From Isurus oxyrinchus (Eukaryota): DNA of 64,000 nt. This document shows, in pieces, positions 50,301-64,000 of the stretch. The stretch is taken from positions 18,290,001 to 18,354,000 of the forward strand of contig JANJGN010000017.1 of NCBI GenBank assembly GCA_026770705.1, given 5' to 3'. Numbering within the stretch: the first letter of the stretch is position 1; every line of letters starts with the position of its first letter. The notes under the pieces are model-generated. The model did no database searches. It was given only the letters and a program-made list of their open reading frames with translations, and was not told the origin of the DNA. A program made the translations under genes and the position numbers.

Positions 50301-53300
50301 AGCTTCAGAAGGCGAAAGGCACGTTCACAATCCATCCCATCATTGATGATCACGTGGGTAATGGCAGGGGAGAAAACAAGGCTGACCTCTCCACCATGAC
50401 GTATAATCTGCTTCCGAAAGATTTCTGTCCGAGCCTTACCAATCCCTGCCTGGAGAATATACACTGTCAATCCACTCAACCAGGCCTCTGTTGAAATGAG
50501 ATAAAGAAAAGGAAAGATGAGCTAATGTCAAATGCCATGTGGCAGAATGTGTTCTTGACCTTTGAAGGGAGATGGGACCATCCGTTCTTGATGTTACTTT
50601 GTGTGGAGGAGGCAAAACTGAATCTGTGGTGGTCGGGAGGGGTGGGGAAACAGAGGTGCATTTGGGGTGGGGGCGGTAGCTTACATGATTAGTGAGTCGA
50701 TAACTAGAGGTCACAGATTTAAAATAATTAGCAAAAGAACTGGAAGGGAGATGAGGAGAGTGTTTTTCACACAGAGGATCATTACTATGTGGAATGTACA
50801 ACCTGAAAGTGAGGGGGAAGTAGATTCCACAGGAACTTTCAAAAGGCAATTGGATCTGTACTTGAAGAGTATATTGTACAGGGCTAAGGGGAAAAAGCTG
50901 TGGGACCAAATTGAACAGTTTTTTCAAGAGACAACACTGCATGATGGGCCGAATGGCCTCCATCTGTGCTGTAAGATTCTATGATAACAAAGTGAGGAAA
51001 CAGAAACATTCCTCTGACTTACCAGCAGAAACGTTTGGGGAGATCTGCAATTTAACATTTGCATTATGCCCAGTAACCAATTGTATGATACCACACAAGT
51101 TTTGTTTCTTTGCTATAATGGAGATTTTGAGAGTGTTTTGTAGCAGGGCTGTGGAGACTGTGTTGTCCACTGAACTCTTTCTGCATTGTTTCAAAAGGAA
51201 GGCTAAAATTGATTATTGAGTGTCACTGTTCAGCAGCAGGTCTGATCCCACTTCTTGACAGGATGGAATTCTGGATGGAATTGGGTGTAGGAGTTTGTGA
51301 AGAAAAGGAGAAGAACAGAACTCCAACGCTCCATCCTCAACCTCTCTCACTGCGAGGGTTATCCTATCCAGCAGCTTACTGCAATGCTGAGGGCACAGCA
51401 TTATTGGAAGTGCCATCTTCCAGATGAGATGTTAAATCAGAACCTGCTTGTGTAAATCAACAGACTGAGGAAAAGCAGGGAGTTCGCCTGGTATCCTGGT
51501 CAACATTTCTCACTCAGCTAAATTCTACCAAAAGACAAATTAATAGGCCAACCACTACAATACTCTTTGTTTGGGATTTTTTTTTTTATTCATTCACTGG
51601 ATGTGGGCATTGCTGGCTAGGGCAGCATTTATTGCCCATCCCTAAATGGGATACAGGGGAAGGTGGTGAGTTGGATCCAAAATTGGCTCAGTGACTGGAA
51701 ACAAAGGGTAATGGTCGATGGATGTTTTGGCGAATGGAAAGCGGTTTCCAGTGATGTTCCATAGGGCTCAGTGTTGGGGCCCTTGCAATCTGTTGTAGTA
51801 TTAATGGATGGACTTAAATGTAGGAGGCACGATAGGGAAATTTGCAGATGGCACAAAAAATGGCCGTGTAGTTGATAGTGAAAAGGATATCTGTTGTCTC
51901 CAGAATAATATCAATGGTTTGGTTGAGTGGGTGGAAAAGTGGCATATGGAATTCAATCCGGATAAGTGTGAGGTCATGCATTTGGAGAGGGCAAACAATG
52001 CAAACGGGAGGATATTGAGAGGAGTTGAGGAAGTGAGAGAGCTCAGAGTGCATGTCCAGAGGTCCTTGAAGGTGGCAGGACAAGTGGATAAGGTGGTAAA
52101 GAAAGCAATGCTTTCCTTTATGGGATGAAGTATTGAATACAAAAGCAGGGATGTAATGACAGCCTTTTACAATGCTGTTTAAGCCACAGCTGGAATTTTG
52201 TGTACAGTTCTGGTCACCATATTACACAAAGGACATAATTGCTCTGGTGGAAGAAGAGAGGAGATTTACAAGAATATTGCCAGAGCTTGAAAGTTGCAGC
52301 TATGTGAAAAGATTGGATAGGCTAGGGTTGTTTTCCTTAGAACAGAGGAGGCAGAGGGGTGACCTAATTGAGGTGTACAAGATTATGAGGGGCCTATATA
52401 GGGTAGACAGGAAAGATCTGTTTCCCCTAACTGAGGAGTCAATTACCAGGGGGCCCAGGTTTAAGGTGATTGGCGGAAGGATTAGAAGGGACATGAGGAT
52501 AAACTCTTTCACCCAGAGGGTGGTGGCATCTGGAATTCACTGCCTAAATTGGTGGTTGAGGCTGAAAAGCTCAACTTATTTAAAAGGTACCTGGATCTGC
52601 CCCTGAAGTGCTGTAACCTGCAAGGCTACAGACCAGGTGCTGGAAAGTGAGATTAAAAATGAGCTGCTAGTTTCTTTTATCTCTTTTTTGGCTAGCGCAG
52701 ACACAATGGACTGAAGGGCCTCTCTGCGCTGTAATTTCTCTACGGTTCTTGGGGTGGTGATGGTGAGCTGCTTTCTTGAACCACTGCAGTCCATGTGGTG
52801 TAGGTACACCCACAGTGCTGTTGAGGAGGGAGTTCCAGGATTTTGGCCCAGAGACAGTGAAGGAACTGAGATATAGTTCCAAGTCAGGATAGTGTGTTGC
52901 TTCTCATGCAGGTGGTGGTGTTCCCATACATCTGCTGCCCTTGTTCTTCTAGGTGGATCTTTCTGTGCAGAAAATGACTTGTGTTTGCCTGCTTGGTTTG
53001 CATTGTGCCTTGACACATTTCTGAAAGATATGTTAAAATGCTAAATAAATAAAGACTTGGAATTGTATAGTGCCTTTCATGATTTCAGGAAGACCAAAAG
53101 TGTTTTACAGTTAATGTATTGCTTTTGAGTGTAATCACTGTTGTAATGTAGGAAGCACAGCAGCCAACATGTGCACAGAAAGATCCAACAGCAATGTGAT
53201 AATGACCAGATAATCTATAATAAATACACATCCCTCTTTCATTATTCATCTCCAGATTCTGCTTAGTTTCCATCTGTTCCAACATCTGCACTACAAGGGC

Positions 53301-53436
53301 GAAGGTCACAACTTGTTCTACCTTTACAGACTTCATCCGGCTTTGCTTTCTTCTGGGACACTCCGGCAGCTGCTAGCGGGGCGTCCTGCGCTCGTTTCAC
53401 CTTCCGAAATGCCTTTACGATTCCCTGCAGCTCCAT
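25975..53436 (-). CDS. POLL: DNA polymerase lambda (X family), whole spliced CDS: join(53436-53322, 50487-49988, 48079-47771, 41642-41469, 39608-39480, 30261-30093, 26336-25975), 1758 nt, 585 aa
   Basis: All introns GT-AG and in phase. Encodes an N-terminal BRCT domain, 8-kDa lyase domain (GIGKRMAEK), catalytic GSYRRGK..CGDVD and RRLD motifs, YFTGS, and the C-terminal REP.ERDW. Confidence 0.97.
26519..26557 (-). ncRNA. Minimal (type I) hammerhead ribozyme motif
   Basis: AGCT-CTGAAGA-A-GAGTCATACGAACTC-GAAA-CG-TT-AACT: intact CUGANGA and GAAA boxes, stem II GAGT/ACTC, palindromic AACGTT in place of stem III. Confidence 0.65.
27938..27976 (+). ncRNA. Minimal hammerhead ribozyme motif (degenerate)
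   Basis: AGCT-CTGAAGA-A-AAGTCATATGGACTC-GAAA-AG-TT-AACT; cores intact, stem II closing pair and stem III palindrome mutated. Confidence 0.5.
28076..28488 (+). repeat. 69-bp minisatellite, ~6 copies
   Basis: Unit gttagatacagagtaaagctccctctacactgtccccatcaaacactcccaggacaggtacagcacggg starts at 28085, 28154, 28223, 28292, 28361 and 28430. Confidence 0.95.
28701..29040 (-). mobile_element. Deu-domain SINE fragment
   Basis: aacttgcatt tail, gcaatttgcaca and ggtttaacgtct segments shared with 48183-48960. Confidence 0.65.
29045..29832 (-). mobile_element. LINE-B 3' fragment
   Basis: Poly(T) on +; [31 protein letters not shown]; very similar to 15717-16510. Confidence 0.85.
30093..30261 (-). CDS. 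POLL: POLL exon (palm, catalytic DxD)
   Basis: [56 protein letters not shown](G); acceptor gtccag, donor CAG|gtgagt; 169 nt. Confidence 0.96.
30292..31460 (-). mobile_element. CR1 3' RT fragment
   Basis: ORF 30525-31094 ([14 protein letters not shown]...[12 protein letters not shown]...[10 protein letters not shown]). Confidence 0.9.
31484..31925 (+). repeat. ~39-bp degenerate minisatellite, ~11 copies
   Basis: Repeating gacactggattacagctcaWcccccctctcYactcctcY. Confidence 0.9.
32757..33845 (-). mobile_element. L2 LINE 3' fragment
   Basis: RT remnant (..NTDNTQLY, cf. YADDTQLY; SLKDLLLAP region), [22 protein letters not shown], (GTT)n tail. Shorter copies at ~1890-2030 and ~49625-49960. Confidence 0.8.
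34000..38398 (+). mobile_element. Decayed Gypsy (Mag/K02A2.6-like) LTR retrotransposon with short LTRs
   Basis: LTR remnants 34000-34097 and 38279-38398 share ctaccataaKggaatgtctg..cactagacac..gaactc; PBS-like tggtgtcaaaaatggaa 34098-34114; PPT ggaaaggggga 38268-38278; gag (LIKDRIVLG), protease (QIHTAASCN), RT (IVDDLL), RNase H (QSDASETG) and integrase (WRNTP..SPVQRLM) remnants. Confidence 0.85.
36390..36810 (-). mobile_element. LINE-B 3' fragment inserted in the Gypsy pol region
   Basis: Poly(T) plus attcatgggatgtgg terminus; Gypsy LQRY|..YIADML sequence resumes after it. Confidence 0.85.
38880..39170. repeat. C/A-rich low-complexity region (ccacatcc / aaatcc motifs)
   Basis: Short imperfect repeats, G-poor on +. 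Confidence 0.55.
39480..39608 (-). CDS. POLL: POLL exon (fingers)
   Basis: [43 protein letters not shown]; acceptor ttttacag, donor ACT|gtgagt; 129 nt. Confidence 0.96.
39969..40720 (+). mobile_element. 5'-truncated Penelope-like element with a 13-bp TSD and a degenerate hammerhead (40621-40659)
   Basis: GIY-YIG remnant ([25 protein letters not shown]); AATGGAGACTCAC at 39956-39968 and 40721-40733. Confidence 0.88.
41469..41642 (-). CDS. POLL: POLL exon (HhH motifs, dRP-lyase lysine)
   Basis: [29 protein letters not shown]...[18 protein letters not shown]; acceptor ctcacag, donor CAG|gtggga; 174 nt. Confidence 0.96.
41690..45470 (+). mobile_element. CR1 3' fragment (41690-41935 + 45221-45470) split by LINE-B copy 2
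   Basis: ...ctggagaaactggaa (41935) resumes as tttctccttggagcagagaagg (45221). Confidence 0.75.
41936..45220 (-). mobile_element. LINE-B copy 2, apparently full length (~3.3 kb): tRNA-like head, APE endonuclease, RT, poly(A)
   Basis: EN motifs WLGDFNVQH and GSDH; RT motifs [31 protein letters not shown]; frameshifted. Confidence 0.9.
45475..46090 (-). mobile_element. CR1 3' fragment
   Basis: catagaat..gaggccatttggccc terminus; [17 protein letters not shown]. Confidence 0.75.
46370..47280 (-). mobile_element. CR1 3' RT fragment (relatively young)
   Basis: 207-aa ORF 46462-47085 of the CR1 ORF2 C-terminus. Confidence 0.9.
47771..48079 (-). CDS. POLL: POLL exon (Ser/Pro-rich linker and start of the 8-kDa domain)
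   Basis: LSEDEDRSD...KWVCAQSS...[17 protein letters not shown]...[18 protein letters not shown]...SFQ; acceptor tctccctag, donor CAG|gtaaaa; 309 nt. Confidence 0.95.
48183..48960 (-). mobile_element. Deu-domain SINE with an internal ~33-bp tandem amplification (~48510-48780)
   Basis: On -: tRNA-like head (cagtgggtagcgc), Deu-domain-like gagacattaaactgaggcc..aaagaccccatggcc..gaagaagagcag, L2-type tail gctatagaaatgcaagtctttctt; unit cagtactgaccctccgacagtgcagcgctccct repeated ~8 times. Confidence 0.8.
49988..50487 (-). CDS. POLL: POLL BRCT-domain exon
   Basis: (E)[23 protein letters not shown]...THVII...[10 protein letters not shown]...ASAAQ; acceptor tttcaacag, donor CAG|gtagag; 500 nt. Confidence 0.92.
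50670..50985 (+). mobile_element. CR1 3' fragment
   Basis: [16 protein letters not shown]; gattctatgat tail. Confidence 0.75.
51646..52748 (+). mobile_element. CR1 RT 3' fragment nested in a LINE-B 3' fragment (51576-51645 + 52749-52955, -)
   Basis: [26 protein letters not shown]; LINE-B ttgcccatccctaa| ... |ggtggtgatggtgagctgc resumes. Confidence 0.8.
53322..53436 (-). CDS. POLL: POLL coding exon 1 (ATG); exon begins at 53480 with 44 nt of 5'UTR
   Basis: [38 protein letters not shown](E); acceptor aacag at 53481; donor G|gtagaa; 115 coding nt. Confidence 0.9.
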
Positions 53437-55188
53437 ACGCTGCACAACTGACTCACAGTCTGGCTGAACCGTGAACCAACCTGTTCCAACAATCAAGATT
53501 TTACTTCCACACAAGAAAAAACTCAAATACCCCATGCTCACCTCCATTTTCTCATCTCTTCACATCCTATTTAAAATGTGTCCAGAATTGGACAAAATAC
53601 TTCAGCTTAGGCCTAACCCATGGTAATTGGTTTAGTATAGCTTCCTAATGCTTCAGGATTAAGGCATTTCCTACTTGCCAGAACTATGTAACCACCCCCA
53701 GGAGAGGTTTAAAACAATATAAATATCCAACTAATTCCAGGAAAAGGAAATCTGGAAAATTCCTCTCCCAACTTCTTAAGGCAATCAAAATACACTAGGA
53801 GACCACACTGACCATGACACATGTTAGTTGGGTACCCGCCTGTTGTAAGACTTGATATCTGGTCTCATCTGATGATATTGAGCGAGTCAGCATTCACCAA
53901 ATGAGCCAGGAACTTCTTCCATAGGTCTCATTTTTCTCTGGGAATTGAACCATTTAACATGTAACGGCATTCTACTCTCGGGTTACTTACAGCGTGACCT
54001 TCGGTCCTTTGCAACATAACTAACTGAATTTAAAACGAAACCCTGCATTATTTTATAGAATGTGATTAAGTTTCCCCTATGTCTACATTTCTCAAAAGCA
54101 TACAGAGCCAGTTTTTTAAATCTATCTGGACTGCTAGGGTGTTTTAATCTGATGATCGCAGACAAATACTGACATGGACTTTTCAGCAGGAATCATAAAG
54201 ACAAGTATTGAAATTCCTGGATGACTTTTCCCTTCTTTCTTCTGGGCTGATTCGTTCACCAGGTCACTGTGGAGCAGTGACTGTTAATCCTTTGTGTGTG
54301 GCTTTGTATTCATTATGAATTATGTTAATATTGGGCAACAGAACACTTCCGTTCAAGTGCCTAGTGTCAGCAGCAAATGCGTTCAGATGATCTATAGTGT
54401 GATTCGACACAGGGTAATGCTCCCTCCACTCAGCCTCAGCTCAAAAAAATACTCTCTAATACACCAGTATACCTTTTTTGTCATTTCCCACAATGGAAAT
54501 CCCTCACACCCACTCTGAATGAGACTGGGAGCATTGGTATCCACTCACTTTGTGCTGTGGCTTCAGGTTCAACAACAACTGGATTTAACTTTTCTGAAAC
54601 TTTTTCATGCATTTATTCACTTTAGGTGGAAGCCATGGTTCAGTGGGTAGCACTCGCAACTGAGTCAGAAGGTTGTGGTTCCAAGCCCCAGTCCAGCGAC
54701 TTGATCACAAATCTAAGTCAACCCTCTCATGGCAGTATTTGAGGGCATGCTGAACTGTTGGAGGTGCCATTTTTCAGATGAGACATCAGAACTGTTCTGT
54801 CATGAGAAAAATACTGATTTAGTGTTCTGCTGAAAGGTCATTGACCTGAAACATTAACTCCGTTTCTTTCTTTGCAGATGATGTCTGATCTGCTATTTCT
54901 AGCTCATTCTGTTTTGATCTGAGAATTTTAAAACAAAGTTTTAGTCACTCTTGTTTGCAGTTATCTGATTTTAGCCTGACTCTTATTGGAAGGCATTAAT
55001 GAATTCCTTTGCAGAGCTAAGGGATGGAAAAAGCTAATAGCTTGATTCCCACTGAGGAAATAATGGGGAGGATGCACTGGCCAGTATGTGTAAAATTCAT
55101 AAACATTTCCTTGAGATACTGACCAGAGATCTTCATGAAACCATTTATAATCTTTCTGCAGTTGGTCTACAGGATAACTGTTCCTATT

Positions 55189-55393
55189 CAAAAACAGAAT
55201 TACCTGGAAATACTCAGCAGGTCTGGCAGCATCGGCGGAGAAGAAGAGTTGATGTTTCGAGTCCTCACAAGGGTCATGAGGACTCTAAACGTCAACTCTT
55301 TTCTTCTCCGCCGATGCTGCCAGACCTGCTGAGTTTTTCCAGGTAATTCTGTTTTTGTTTTGGATTTCCAGCATCCGCAGTTTTTTTGTTTTT
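55189..55393. mobile_element. Palindromic PLE-derived insertion with a 15-bp TSD
   Basis: ~80-bp inverted arms of the PLE terminus; ATAACTGTTCCTATT at 55174-55188 and 55394-55408. Confidence 0.88.
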
Positions 55394-55599
55394 ATAACTG
55401 TTCCTATTGTTAGGTGCAAGAAACAAACACAATTAAATAAGTGGTTAATGTAAATAGACAAATTTTCACCCACAAACGCTCTTCTATTAGACTTTAAATT
55501 AAGTGACAGGCCAATCCCCATTGAGAGAGAAGCAGCGAATCAGGACCGCAATCCCACCCAAATCCTATTAGATAGAATCCTCTTGGTGATTAATGAACA

Positions 55600-56080
55600 A
55601 AGGAGGAAAGATTCATGAGAATTGTTCCAGGGATGAGGAAATTATGATGAAGCTAGATTGGGGAAGTTGGGACTGTTTTCCTTGGACGGCTGAGAGGAGA
55701 TTAGATAGAGGTATTCAAAATCGTGAGGGGTCTGGACAGAGTAGACAGGGAGAAACTGTGAAAGGTTCGAGAACGAGAGGGTGCAGATTTAAAGTAATTG
55801 GTGAAAGAAGCAAAAGCGACTTGAGGAAAATCTTCCTGGCGCAGCGAGTGTTTTGGTGGGGGTGGGGGAGGGGGGGTGGTGCTCTGCAGTGCACTGCCTG
55901 AGAGGAGAGTGTGGTGGAAGCAGGTTCAACTGAGGCGTTCAGAAGAGAATTAGACGGTTCGGCGAAAAGGGAGATTGTGCAGGGTTGCGGGGGGAATAGC
56001 CCTGAGGAAATTACTCACACAGAGAGCCAGTACAGACGTGATGGGCTGAATGGCCTCCTGCGCTATAACGATTCTGTGAT
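55600..56080 (+). mobile_element. CR1 3' fragment
   Basis: SRTRGCRFKVIG; gggctgaatggcctcc..gattctgtgat tail. Confidence 0.7.
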
Positions 56081-56159
56081 AACGAAACGAGTTAATAACG
56101 GGAATTTTCCAGATTTTTAAACCCAGTTAAAGCGGCTGAAACTGTTTAAACATCAGGTC

Positions 56160-56454
56160 ACTCACCCCGCGCCGGAAATGGATTTAAATACAGCCTGTCA
56201 TTTCCGGCATGTTTTTTTAAAAAAAATCAATGAACAAAACTGATGGAATAATATTTATCATTATTATTGATAATAAAAGAATATTTATAATCACCGCCGA
56301 CACAAATAAAATCGAAGCAATTGGATTTCCATTAAAACTTTGATTAAATCAGTGCAGTGACATCACTGCGGCCGCGGGTCACAGGGTCGATGGGCGGGGA
56401 GAGTGACGTGTGGGCGGCCTACGGTTGCCATGGAGACCGGGCAGGTGCGGTAAG

Positions 56455-56465
<11 letters not shown>
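56160..56465. promoter_or_regulatory. Bidirectional CpG-island promoter shared by POLL and DPCD
   Basis: CpG-rich stretch between divergent genes. Inverted ETS/GABPA-type pair GCCGGAAATG (56171-56180) / CATTTCCGGC (56199-56208); palindrome GCAGTGA-CA-TCACTGC (56354-56369); GC box 56392-56399; TGACGT 56404-56409; X-box GTTGCCATGGAGAC 56424-56437; YY1 AAGATGGCGGC over the DPCD ATG. Confidence 0.8.
56166..56210 (-). other. POLL: Probable non-coding first exon of POLL (3' boundary 56166; 5' boundary/TSS uncertain)
   Basis: Consensus donor GGG|gtgagt on the minus strand at 56165-56160, inside the CpG-rich promoter. It is needed to join to the acceptor at 53481. Confidence 0.55.
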
Positions 56466-63440
<6,975 letters not shown>

Positions 63441-64000
63441 TAATTTGTTTTAAAGTTCGGATGAAAGTTCTGTGCTTAGGGCTTTGTGTCCTCTTTGAGA
63501 AACCTCTGAACCAGTCGTATGTTTCCACATTTTCTCTTTTTATTTTTAATTTTCCAATTTTTTTTTTTGTTTTCACTCAAGAGATTCCTTTCGTCAGTTC
63601 CTCCTCCTCCATCAAACCCTTGTTAGATGGTGCTGATCCTGATTGGTCACAGGTTCCACAGGCACAGGCTCCTTTCCAAAGCTCATCCAATAGCCTGTTC
63701 TTCTTGTGAGCCCATTTGTGGAATTACTTGGAATATATGACACAGAAACCTGCAATCTGACCCAACCAGTACTTGCCGATTATTTTTTGTTCCACTCAAG
63801 CCTCTTCCTGTTCTTCCTCGTATAACTCTACCAGAACAACCCTTCATTCCCTTCTCTCTTATGTGCTTTTATAGTTTGCCTTTAAATGCATCTACTATTT
63901 GTCCCAAATGTTCCCTGTGGTAGTGAGTTCCACATTCTCAGCAATCTCTCAGTAAAAATGTTTGTCCTGATGATTGTATTGATGGCCTCTAATTTTGTTC

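Noticed and set aside
55269-55298. Active hammerhead in the palindromic insertion
   Set aside because: The CUGANGA box is lost at the inversion junction and GAAA is mutated to TAAA.
55855-55880. G-quadruplex near the promoter
   Set aside because: G-run expansion inside a CR1 fragment; no evidence of function.

Overview
Eukaryotic (vertebrate) genomic DNA, very likely from a shark or other elasmobranch, judging by the repeat families. It contains three spliced protein-coding genes. (1) The last two coding exons of O-GlcNAcase (OGA/MGEA5, + strand, 2..161 and 2179..2315). (2) A complete DNA polymerase lambda gene (POLL, - strand, 7 coding exons from 53436 to 25975, 585 aa, plus a probable non-coding first exon ending at 56166). 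(3) The first four exons of DPCD (+ strand, from 56455), head-to-head with POLL across a CpG-rich bidirectional promoter carrying RFX X-box, ETS, YY1, CRE-like and GC-box motifs. Most of the remainder is decayed retroelements: CR1 LINEs, a second LINE family ('LINE-B'), L2, Deu-domain SINEs, Penelope-like elements (PLEs), a short-LTR Gypsy element and minisatellites. Most entries in the ORF track are TE fragments or spurious. The most notable observations are: PLE termini carrying minimal hammerhead-ribozyme motifs with 12-15 bp TSDs, including a ~600 bp fold-back next to the last POLL exon; a LINE apparently lacking ORF1 and capped by a tRNA-Thr(AGT)-like cloverleaf in both copies that retain the 5' end; a five-level nested retroelement stack; two exons that begin with consensus 5' splice sites (candidate recursive/re-splicing sites); OGA-POLL adjacency that differs from the human gene order; and candidate FGF8-landscape enhancers. 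No wholly new biological system is demonstrated; these are testable candidates.
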